Shown here: piece after piece, positions 1-11,437 of the stretch
Layout of the letters: each line of letters starts with the position of its first letter
How positions within the stretch are numbered: position 1 is the stretch's first letter
NCBI GenBank assembly: GCA_951406725.2
Contig: OX597817.1
Coordinates: 71,238,001 to 71,302,000, forward strand
DNA length: 64,000 bases
Direction: 5' to 3'
Source of the DNA: Octopus vulgaris
Lineage: Eukaryota
Program-made: the position numbers and the translations under genes
Notes under the pieces: model-generated
Told to the model about the DNA's origin: nothing
The model's database searches: none
The model's input: only the letters and a program-made list of their open reading frames with translations

Positions 1-250
1 TTTGGTTCATGCAATTGAAAAAACCGCATTATTTATGGGATGACCCAATATATACACACACACTCACATACTCATGCATTTAGTAATGACTGCAGCGATG
101 TTGGGACATCACCTTGAAGGAATCCAAACGCCGTTCTTGACCTCAACGGTCAGCGATTCATATCTATAGCTGAACTTAAAAAACAAACACAAATACGGTT
201 ATTTTTTATAGTCTCAAGCTTAAAGCTATATAGTGATAAGTATCTGCGCA

Positions 251-304
<54 letters not shown>

Positions 305-523
305 GGGCTCCTTTAGTATTCATTTAGAAGGCAATCGTCGGCCCGAAGGATATTGTAAAAGACTTGCCAAAAATTCCCCGCATTTGGATGGACGCCAAGG
401 GCACGTGGTTACGAATCGAAGATTTTAGCCACCGATCCATATATATATGTATATAACAAAAGAGTGGGATGTTTCCACGCAGGAAAAAATATAGGAAAGG
501 TCCATTTCAACAACACATTTTCC

Positions 524-555
<32 letters not shown>

Positions 556-690
556 TATATATATACATGTATATATGTATGTATATATATGTATACATAT
601 ATATACATATATATACACACACATATTTATATATATATACATTTATATATATGCGATATATATATATATATATATATATGTATGCACACA

Positions 691-749
<59 letters not shown>

Positions 750-980
750 CAATTAAGGATAAAATCTTAATAAGAAATCTTAACAATAAATTATCAGGTA
801 GTTAGCGTGAAAAACCTCATAAGAGAAAAAATCTGAAAATTTTTCACTTGAAAATATTTATTTATATTATATGGAGGGTATTATTACACATAAATGCCAC
901 ACGCTAGGAGGGACTTTCAAAGTCATTACTACCAAAAATAAACGAATCTCTCGAAGCAAGACATTCAAAAACAGAATTTA

Positions 981-1044
981 GTTCCAGATCACCTGTGATT
1001 TCGCAATTAACGTATTATCTACGTCTTTTGTTCATCAGTGAAAC
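981..1044 (-). ncRNA. Type I hammerhead ribozyme motif (inverted copy)
   Basis: Reverse complement of 1100-1163. Confidence 0.7.
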
Positions 1045-1099
1045 ATTCAAAACATATCAAAAATCAAAAAATATCTTATTTTTGATATGTTTTGAATAT

Positions 1100-1163
1100 G
1101 TTTCACTGATGAACAAAAGACGTAGATAATACGTTAATTGCGAAATCACAGGTGATCTGGAAC
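1100..1163 (+). ncRNA. Type I hammerhead ribozyme motif
   Basis: Stem I GTTTCA/TGGAAC; core CTGATGA (1106-1112); stem II CAA..GACGTA-GATAA-TACGTT..TTG; GAAA (1142-1145); stem III ATCAC-AG-GTGAT; cleavage triplet ATC (C1157). The stem II closing pair is A.C rather than G-C. Confidence 0.72.
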
Positions 1164-1284
1164 TAAATTCTGTTTTTGAATGTCTTGCTTCGAGAGCTGC
1201 ATTCGGTACGATTCGTTTATTTTTGGTAGTAATGACTTTGAAAGTCCCTCCTAGCGTGTGGCATTTATGTATAATAATGCCCTC

Positions 1285-1339
<55 letters not shown>

Positions 1340-1552
1340 CACCTACAAATATACATATATATATACATATATACACGCTACTGGTAACCTGTAACGTAGT
1401 GCAACCTGTCGCATTGTCGGGTCGTCGGCGACTAAACTGGCAAGCCTAGCAACCTTGCTTGGTGAGGAGGGGAACTGTTAGGCACCCTGCAGGATGAAAA
1501 TTAGACCCGCCAAAGGGTAAAGGTACTCATGAGTAGTCAACGGCCATTCAAC

Positions 1553-1633
<81 letters not shown>

Positions 1634-1634
<1 letters not shown>

Positions 1635-1990
1635 TCTTGTACTAGTTTCAATTATTTGATTGCAGCCATAGGGCAACGCCTTGAAGGCTTTAGTCAAACA
1701 AATCCATCCTAGTACTCATTTCTAAGTATCAGTACTCAAAAATAAGTACTGGTATTAATTATATAGGTTTTTTGCCGAACTGCAAAGTTTCGGTTGGTAA
1801 ACGAAACAACCCCGGTTGATAAGGTGTGGTGGCGGATAAACTCACGCGTGCACGCGCGCACACACACACAGATCCACTCACATGGTTTTGGTTGGCTGGG
1901 GGCAATAATATAAGACACTCAAGCTTCTTCGCAGTGGAACTGAACCCAAAACTATGTACCTGGGTTGCAAACTTTTTACTACAAAGCCAC
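1634..1990 (-). mobile_element. Degenerate tRNA-derived SINE (family 1)
   Basis: Similar to 14251-14654 at the tail (gtttcaattatttgattgcagccat) and head (actgaaccc...tttactacaaagcca). Confidence 0.6.
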
Positions 1991-2037
<47 letters not shown>

Positions 2038-2069
2038 TGTATGTATGTATGTATGTATGTATGTATTTG

Positions 2070-2500
2070 TGTATGTAAGATCCAAGGATCGAGTTGTAGG
2101 AAGAAGGTTAGCTTCAAATATACCGTAGAAAATTTAAAAACAACTTTCAGGAACAATAATAGTTTATCGAAGCGGAAAGCTGTGGAGTTTTTCTGTATCG
2201 AAGTATGGTAAGCTGAAAAAAATATTTTATATTTCACGGTAGGCCGCCAGAGTCGCCAGGTATGCGAATAAAATACAAGAATTAAGGAATGGAGTGGATA
2301 ATATGCGGGCTATATATGTTTCATAGCGAGCGGAACCTCAGAAGTGGTAAATATCCAAGCGAGGTGTATATCGCAGGCTACTCTTCAGGCCAGGGGTATC
2401 TCGATTAAACGAGTTAGCTTGGATATCCACCTCTTCCGACGTTCCGCTCGCTATGAAACATGTAACCCGAATATTATGCAACCCATTTCTTAACTCTTGT
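2070..2500. mobile_element. Dispersed repeat with internal ~85-bp inverted repeat (second copy at ~54060-54472)
   Basis: 2275-2360 is inverted at 2417-2499; the whole unit matches 54060-54472 (gtaggaagaa.gttagcttcaaa, aattaaggaatggagt.gataa, gcgagcggaacct). Confidence 0.65.
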
Positions 2501-2505
2501 GTGTG

Positions 2506-2570
<65 letters not shown>

Positions 2571-2571
<1 letters not shown>

Positions 2572-2615
2572 GGCGGTGCATCAGCATGGCCGCAGCTCTG
2601 AGCTGAAACAAGCAA
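2571..2615 (+). mobile_element. Extremely 5'-truncated 3' tail of the CR1-group LINE/SINE family, inside (TA)n
   Basis: ggcggtgcatcagcatggccgCAGCTctgAGCTGaaacaag matches the LINE 3' end at 18521-18565 (minus strand). Confidence 0.7.
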
Positions 2616-2635
2616 TATATATATATATATATATA

Positions 2636-2853
2636 CGAAGGGTTACTGAAAAGTTCCTAGTTTTAAGGGTGTCGTGAAAGGTCTGGCTGGAGACCAAAAA
2701 TTCCAAGTTCTTTTACAGGGCTTAGTAACACTGAAGGACCGCTGCAAGAAATGTGTGAATCTGTGTGTGGAATATGTTGACTAAAATCATAATTAGTTGA
2801 TCCTCCTGTATTTTCTTTTACTCAGCCAGAAACTTGTTAACCCCCAGCCCTTG
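2636..2853 (+). mobile_element. Mariner-derived MITE (~220 bp)
   Basis: TA flanks; TIR cgaagggttactgaaaagttcct; homologous to 13713-13931 and 33361-33560. Confidence 0.7.
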
Positions 2854-3514
2854 TATGTATAATGTAATTTGTCTCTACAAGGAGATGTACGATTGCTGCT
2901 GTTAAGTTTAGAGCTTGACGTAGATTTTCATCTTCCAATCTACTTCGAGTATATTTGCAAACATACGCAATCGAAAATACCTTAGATGAATGTTTTGTAT
3001 GCAAAAAACGCACCTATGTTATACTCTTTCTAGTGGTATACATACAAAGTACAAGGTCGACTTTCCGAATACGGATGGTCTATAACCTCTTATAATCCAC
3101 TCTAATTTACGAGCAGGGAACAAACTTCGTCAGCTACCTGATTAGTTTACTGGTACCTTGTACAGTACAATGTCAGTAAACTTGTATCATTTCTACTAAT
3201 AGACATGTACCTGTATTTCATTTAATTAAGTAAATTTGATATTTGGTTAATTTAGAATGTGTTGACCAAGGTGACGACACCTCGTTCGTAAAAAAATCAG
3301 TAATCCGGAAAGGCTTTCGAATCAAAGGTTGTGGAAAATCGATCTGAAGTTTGAAATCTAGAACAAGCAAACAAGTCTGATAACACCAGTTATATCGGTT
3401 AATTCAAGCCTTTGGAAAGGATATACTATATAGTTAGGTGTGGTTCATGACTTTGAATTCAACAAGAGGATAAAACAGACACACTTCTATATCGTTAGAA
3501 TTTTGTGTAGCATA

Positions 3515-4270
3515 CGAGAGAGTATCCAAAAGGAACTGGAATTTTGCAATAGTATTTTAATCACTTAGTTTTACATGTTGACACTTTTATCGGATTCAAT
3601 GTATTCTCCATTTGAAGCAATGCATCGGTCCAGGCAATTCTGCGAAGCAGTTCTGAAACTCTTGCGAAGTGATGCCTTTTAACACCTCCGTCAATTTTTT
3701 TTTTTCCACTTTTTCCACAGCTGTAAATTCCGTAGCACCAGCTTTCATCACCACCGATGACCTTCGAAAAAAGGTCCGGATCAACTTCTAACTGTTCTTT
3801 CAGTTCATGACATGCATTCACTCGTGACTGCTTTTGATCTTCCGTGAGCAAGCGAAGTACAAATTACGCTGCAACCTTTTTTCATTCACAATTCCTTGCT
3901 CAAAATTTGTTGGCAGGAGCTCCAGGATAGACCAGTCATATCAAGTTCGTCAATTATTCGGTGACGGTTCTCCATGATCAGTTCATAAATTTTTATGATG
4001 TTTTCGTTCGTTCGGAAGGTCGACGGTCGTCCTGAAGGAGGTTGGTCTTCAAGCAACAAGTGACCATTTCTAAAGCGTGGAAACCACTCGTAAACATGTA
4101 TTTTGCTTATGGCAGCGTCTTTGTAAGCTTATTGATGCATGGCAACTGTTTCGGCCGTAGTTTTCCCCAGTAGAAAACATAATTTCACGGAAGCACTCTG
4201 ATCCTAAAGAAGGAAGTACGCATTGGTAGATCAAAGGTAGAATTAACGGATCATGGAATTTCACATCCAC
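3515..4270 (-). mobile_element. Mariner transposon relic (transposase pseudogene, internally deleted)
   Basis: LTEDQKQSRVNAC...FSKVIGGDESWCYG (first catalytic D); TA-CGAG terminus at 3513. Confidence 0.75.
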
Positions 4271-4651
4271 AAAGGCTTTAGTCTCGTGGACGTCTCGTCT
4301 GACTCTACAGCGAAGACTTAGACGAGACGTCCATGAGGCTAAAGTTTTGTCTAGCCAAATTTACTCTGAACTGTTATTATCTTGCACTCAGATCTCATAA
4401 AGATACCTGTCCGTGATGCTATACTGTGGAATAGAACCTGTAATCTAATGGTGCCTAGCGTATTCATTAACCATTCATCCATGTAGATATATAACGGCGC
4501 AAGTAAATATGTTCAATGGCATGATGCAAATAGCAAGATCTATAGATAGATGTAATGTCAATAACTGAAAGATAAGCTGTTGCATTCGAAGTATATATAG
4601 CAATGCAAGAAAAGAAGGAAGGAAAGAAGGAAGACAGACAGACAGACAGAC

Positions 4652-4770
<119 letters not shown>

Positions 4771-5369
4771 CATGGTGCCATTATGAATAATAGGATAGAT
4801 AAACTATTGGTTTCTAATACACGAGCCCCGAGTTACTGTCTGCTTTAGAGTTTGTTGTTTGATGGTGGCTAGTGATAAGACAGAATGATTTTATTCGTTG
4901 TGCGATTGTGATAAAGGACAAGGATTTTGATTTTAGATTTCTGTGAAAGCTGATAGACCAGTCTGTCGAGGATAAAATAAATGGTGTTGATCATTGACAT
5001 GCGGATGATGGCATATAGGATACATATTCATTTTTGTTTTATGATAAGGTTTTTAAAAATCCCCCGGGTCCAAAATGCGAAGTTAAGCTTATATGTTTTA
5101 ATGTACTAAAATCTATTTTCCTGACTATACGCTGCTGAAATTGGTGTGTGTATTTTATGGCAGCAAATACAGTAACTGGCAGCCACTGCAGGGATTCGAA
5201 CTGCAGATCTTTGCGTTAGTTTTCCTATACACTTTCTAACCTATCACATCTTCCACCTTCTTACTCTTAACATAAAAATATAAGGCGTCTAGTTTCTCGA
5301 GTTTTTTTAAAATATAGGATAAATGTTGCATCAGGATCTGACATTAAGCTGCAAATAATTGAACTTAGC

Positions 5370-5810
5370 TGTTGTTGCTGTTGAATCTCAAGTCAGCCCT
5401 GATCGAACAAACCTATGATCAAAAGCATTCCAGTCGTGACTATCCAGTCTTAATTTCTCATGGTATTTCAAAGACAGCATTATTTATTGTATCCTATCTT
5501 GCTTAAGACGATGGAATGTGTTTTGAGGGAGATTTATCTACTATTCTTAGCAGGACGAGCGACCACTTAAATCACTTCTTTAACTCGTTCATAGTAGCCC
5601 TTGGTAGTGGGATTGGTGTTGTTTAATCCTAGATCGAACTTCATCAATCGAACGGACATTTGTTCAAAGCCATTCCATGCTTAACGATACCATTTTGTTT
5701 GGTGTATGTAGTACTGCATTATCTAATGTTTCTAGGCATTATTTAACAGGTCCAGCGACCACATTGAGGCTTTTCTATTAGACTTGCTGTTGTTGTTGTT
5801 GTTGTTTACT
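5370..5810. repeat. Degenerate tandem copies of a dispersed SINE-like repeat
   Basis: gtcagccctgatcgaacaaacctatgatcaaaagcattccag-like motif recurs at ~5395, ~5630, ~9150, and inverted near 49510. Confidence 0.45.
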
Positions 5811-5944
5811 CTTGCTCGACGAGATCTCACCCGTGGCTAATCAACAACTGCTACAAATACACAAGTCACTAAGGTAGTCTCTACAAAGATACTCCAACTA
5901 CTAGAAAATATAAGCTAATTAACCTCCTTCAAATTAAACTCAGT

Positions 5945-6135
5945 CTGTCTCTTTCTTTTTTTTTCTGTCTTCCTCTTTCTCCAATCACTTTGCTCATTCT
6001 TTCATTTTTTCCTTTTTCTATCTTTCTTCTGATGAAGAATAAGCGTTCGAAACGTCAAAACACTCTCCCTTCTTTTTAAGCGTGAAACTAATTTGTTAAA
6101 ACTTGTTCTTGCCTTGTAGTCTTCTTTTTGTGCTC
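5945..6135 (+). mobile_element. Short dispersed repeat with minimal hammerhead-like motif (Penelope-like terminal repeat)
   Basis: CTGATGA-agaat-aagc-gttc-GAAACGTC at 6029-6056; related copies at 7620-7830, 14020-14235, 43385-43577, 44527-44820. Confidence 0.55.
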
Positions 6136-6144
6136 ATTACCCCC

Positions 6145-6236
<92 letters not shown>

Positions 6237-6342
6237 GACTCTACCGCTACAACAGACGCTGCACCACCATCAGCATCTGACACGACTTTTTCAGGCGCAG
6301 ATCCATGGTCTCTCGAGACCGACGGATGGCTACTACTACTAC

Positions 6343-6493
<151 letters not shown>

Positions 6494-7619
6494 AGACTTT
6501 TCTGAAGTTCACCACGTAAGTAACTCTTTGCAATTGCTGTAGTCGAAATTCCAGCGATAGCGGTTGTGTCTTTGTTAGAAACCAACTCCTTCTGTATCTG
6601 AAGAGCTCATATGATTAAAAAAGACTACATACATAGATTCATGCCAAGCGCGCACACACACACACGTTCGCGCAATGAATCAATAAATATATATTCTCTA
6701 GAAACCGCTGCAGAGAAATAAATCATAATGCAAATAGGGAGAAAGTTTCACCAGATGAAATAAGACTTTGAAAGTGATACGAAGGACTGGTATTTACTCA
6801 ACACTTTGAAAGCAAGGAAGTCGTGGTGAAATAGAAAAGAAAATTATATCTTTTGTTGTCAAAAGACAGGCCATAGCTTGTGTAAATAAAAAATATTAGT
6901 GAATGATGGAGAATCTGATAAATGACGTAGACGCAATGGCTTGAGTAGATTAAGTTATTATGCGTGAGTTTGTATCACGAAGTTATAGAAAATCGAAGTT
7001 AGTCACGATTTTGCAGTCTACATAAGGTGTTGTGTTGTTGCCTTTTGGTGAAAAGCACTTAACATATTATTTGACTTATTTGTTTTATTGTATTTGTTGG
7101 AAAATATTTGCAGCTGCCCCGGAACGAAAACTTTAGAGATTCAAAATATAACATGTTACACTGTAATGCTATACTGTGATGCTGTGCTCTTACTATATCG
7201 AAACAGCTCAAGGTTTAGCTAGTTAGTATGCAGTTGTTTAGCCCCAGGTTAAACATAATGGATCAAGCCAATTGCGAAATACGTGTCAATTAATATTTCA
7301 GTGGTTAAATTGTTCCACGAATCCTTCCTGGTATAAGATGGCAGAGTGTGATCTCTCGTACACGTCAGCCGGTTGAACAGTAAAGGGCCTTTTCGTAACC
7401 AATTCTTAATCGTGTATGGTCCTTGAAAGGACCAGCTTGTAGTCGTTGTTAATTTAATATAAACTACCATATATTAGACTCTACACATAACACAAGGATT
7501 GAGTTTAAACCGTAAACGCTTCTGCAGCATAAAAGTAAGTAAATGCATACATACACACATGCATTCATGCATACATACGCAATACTAATATATGTATGTT
7601 TGTATATGTATTTATATGT

Positions 7620-7830
7620 GTATAAAGTTAATCCAAACATGAAAACACAAAGAGAAAACACAACAACGCGAGGACGTGGAACAAGTATAGTGTTATTGGA
7701 CGCCCAGGAAAGGAAAGAAAGAAGGAGGATTTAACGTCTCGAGAGGAGCTCTTCGTCAGAAACATAGGAAAAGGAAGGGAAGACGAAGAAAAAAATCGTC
7801 AACGATACACACGCGGTCACATTTTGAATA
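7620..7830 (-). mobile_element. Short dispersed repeat with minimal hammerhead-like motif
   Basis: Minus strand reads CTGACGA-agagctcctctc-GAGACGTTA; accgcgtgtgtatcgttgacgatttt leader shared with 14020. Confidence 0.55.
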
Positions 7831-7858
7831 TGTGTACACACTCACACACACATACAGT

Positions 7859-7889
<31 letters not shown>

Positions 7890-8171
7890 CACACACACAG
7901 AGAGATTATATGGGCAAGATATCATTCTGTGACATATTGAGTGTATTTTACTATTCCCCGGGGTCTATCCAGGCTCTGTGTGGGAAATTGGGTAGATGGA
8001 AACTGTGTGGAAGCCCGTTGGCTGGATATTACATGCAATTTAAAGTCTTGCCATACTGTTGTACTAATTCTGCCTCAGAATCACGCTTAGGTTGTACGTG
8101 TTCAAACAACCGAAAACAACGTCGACACCGACGGAGATCCCATTACTATATATATATATATATACAAATAC

Positions 8172-8257
<86 letters not shown>

Positions 8258-8268
8258 CGCGTACGCGC

Positions 8269-8308
<40 letters not shown>

Positions 8309-8477
8309 CGGTAGAAGAATTTTGTGACTGTAACTTCTGATAAGAAATAAAAAAAAAAGGTTGTATACTCATGTATATATTATCCTATTTATTCCAGCAA
8401 ACCTATAGGTGTGTCTGTGTGTATGTACATATATGTTTCTATGTGTTATATATATATATATAAAGCGAATCCGTTGG

Positions 8478-8533
<56 letters not shown>

Positions 8534-10102
8534 ATTTGCCGTTACTTTTCTAACTATATCACCATGTACCATTATATAAGTGGTACATTAAGTATCTCGG
8601 CCAATTCTCCAAGCTCTGCTTCGACTTCAACAACACCAAACTGATATATATTCAATCGCATTCTTTGAATCACAATTATTTATGGGGAAGCTGATCGAAT
8701 GTTTTCTCATTGAAGAATGAATTGATGTAGAGATGAGAAACCTCATCAGAGAAGTTTTTATGGTAAAAAAAAAAGGTTCGGCGGTCTATTGTCAAGCATT
8801 CATTCAGAGGTTTATTTATTTATTTTATCTTGCCCTAAACTACATAAAACCTGAGTCTCAATGATATAGATATCTGTATCTAGACACAAGACCGAATTTT
8901 AATAGGAACTAAACAAGTAGAGATAGTAGAACGGAAGATATTATTGATTTTATACATTGAGAAAGCCGCCACCGATTTTTGATGGAGATATATACTTGTT
9001 TTATTGATCCCTGGGGAAAAGGAAAGGCAAATTTAATTTTGAAAGGATCGAACTCCAAATGTTAAGGGAAATAAATATATATTTTCTGATGAATAATTAT
9101 CTTTTTTTTTTTTGCCAGCGAATATTATTTTTGCTGTTCTTTAGTTCGAGGTCAGCCTTCGTTGAATAAACCTATAATATAAAGCGTTCCAGCTATGCCC
9201 ATCAAGTCTATTTTCTAAAGCTTGTGTATCTAATCCTACATTATCTAAAGTAAATATCGTATTCTCTCCGGAGCGCTAACGGCCCTGTCAATTCGCTAGC
9301 TTGTGCGAACAGCTATTATCTAGTGCAGCTTTATGTGACCACTTGACATGCAAGAGAGTTTCGGGTCCAAGCTTTTGTTTGGATTGTTGCTGTTGCTTAG
9401 CTCTATGTCAAGCTGATCTTCTTGCTATGCATTCTCAGATCTTTAAAACATCCAAAGTCACCGAATGTCTATAAATGTATATAAAAAGCATGTAAACATT
9501 AGCAGTAATAAACTCGAGGAAACTGCTAATACTGGATTCTCTATCGCACAAAGGATTCTCTATCCAACATCGTGTGAGTCGCTGTGGTCCATAGATGGCT
9601 ATTTTACCGAAACAGAACGTCTACTTTTTAATGGTTTCATCTGTAATCCTAGGCTAGATGACTCTCGGGTGCTGTTCCTTGTTGAAGATTGGCGACTTAC
9701 TACGTGCAAAATGTATGACACATACATACACAGACACATAAACGTACTGTTGCCGACATAATTGTCTAAGGAAGTGTCCTAGCATAACTAAAGACCCAAG
9801 ACTCACACCAGTAAATGAATAACAAAAGGTTACGAAGGTTTTTAGATACAACATTGCCTCTATATTTTGGTGGAATTCCAGTTCATTTTCGTTTAACTGT
9901 TCAATTTTCAGGAATACGTCAGAAAAATGTCACGAAATAAAATTAAATAAAAGTTATTTATAATTACTGATAAGTTTAATATACACACATTTAGATGCAT
10001 GTGTATGCATGTATACATAGATGTATACGTACATAAGTATGTATATATGAATATATATATTTATATATGTACATGTATAATGTATGCAGACATATACATA
10101 TC

Positions 10103-10146
<44 letters not shown>

Positions 10147-10287
10147 ACATATACACACACACACACTTAGATAAATAGATAGATAGGTAGATAGATAGAT
10201 AGATAGGTAGATAGATAGATAGATAGATAGATAGGTAGGTAGATAGATAGATTGAGAGATAGATAGATGCTTGCACGCGATTATATA

Positions 10288-10690
10288 TTAGGTTGGCAAC
10301 TAAATACCTGCTGTTTTTTTTAATTAAAATTTTTTAAAAGGTTTAATAAAAAAAATATCAACTAATTAATCAATAATGTATTCACCCTTGCTATTTACAA
10401 CTTCTTCCCAACGCTCAACCAAATTTTCAATACCTCGTTGGTAGAAATCACCCTATTTCTACTCGAAGAATTGATCCAATCAAGCTTTCAATTCTGCATC
10501 AGTATTGAACGAAACTCCGCGCATAGCATTTGAAAGAGATCGAAAAAGGTGGAAATCCGTTGGTACCAAATCAGGAGAGTATGGCGGGTGTGGCAGCACT
10601 TCCCAGCCATGCTTTTGAATGGCTTCCTTGGTCATATTGGCGATATGAGGGCGGGCATTGTCGTGCAGCAGAAGAACTCCATGCTGATGA
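10288..10690 (-). mobile_element. Mariner relic (C-terminal transposase and 3' TIR)
   Basis: Minus strand LLHDNARPH...WEVLPHPPYSPDLVPTDFHLFRSL...RWEEVVNSKGEYIID; TIR ttaggttggcaactaa. Confidence 0.8.
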
Positions 10691-10796
10691 TTAGGGATTG
10701 CATAGTTTCCGTGAAGTAAGTAATAATGATCAGGAGAACGGAGATTTTTTCCACATCTATAATTTTATTAAACAGTTATTTACAGCATCCTTTCGT

Positions 10797-10885
10797 GGAT
10801 CTACACGTGTTTCAACTGCGTCGACTGCTCACTGTTAAGTATGCAACCTTCTGGTGCCATTTTCGGTACAGTTTCATCAAGGTCC
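10797..10885 (-). ncRNA. Degenerate type I hammerhead ribozyme motif
   Basis: Minus strand: ggacc-TTGATGA-aactgt...gcagtt-GAAAC-ACGT-GTA-gatcc; palindromic stem III; C3->T in the core. Confidence 0.5.
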
Positions 10886-11437
10886 ATTATTTACTGCTAT
10901 TCGAAGTTAAGCTGAAGGAACCGGCAAGCTGAGTGAATAAAATGTTTATTAGGAGGTGATTGGTGTTACTAAAAGTAGTTGTATTAATGACTCATGAGTC
11001 ACCTCTAGTAGGTAAAGTAAAATAGTCTTTAAAATAGGTCATGGTTAGATTAAGTTTGCGCAAATTGTTCAGTACTATCAAAACGGTAATCACTCTACTC
11101 AATTCAAGGAGAATATTCTTATTTTTAGAGGTATTCAGTCAATTTTGAAACGTGCATAGATCCACGAAAGAAGAATTATAGATGTGTGGAAAAAATCTTG
11201 TTCTCTGGTCATTATTAATATTATATATAGGTAATGAAAAATTATAGTGGTGAACTCTTTTCAAGGAACAACAAGCATAGGGCTCAATTTATTAAGCGAT
11301 TAGATTAAAGCACTAATTTGAAAGAGCTAAGATCCAAGGTCAATAATACTCCTCATCAAAGTCGACACATATCTAAACACAGAGGGCATATATAAGCCAT
11401 TATAAGCATGCGAACACATAACATACAAAAACATATA

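Larger units (their letters stand above)
863..1295. mobile_element. Foldback element (~200-bp inverted arms) between (TA)n tracts; Penelope-like pseudo-LTR pair
   Basis: ~863-1064 is the near-perfect reverse complement of ~1079-1295 with one internal indel; each arm carries a hammerhead motif. Confidence 0.7.

Noticed and set aside
1375-1555. GC-richer segment possibly a LINE 5' end with an HDV-like ribozyme
   Set aside because: I could not build the nested double pseudoknot by eye
8680-8760. Minus-strand CTGATGA followed by a hairpin
   Set aside because: No properly placed GAAA or stem III; too degenerate to call a hammerhead
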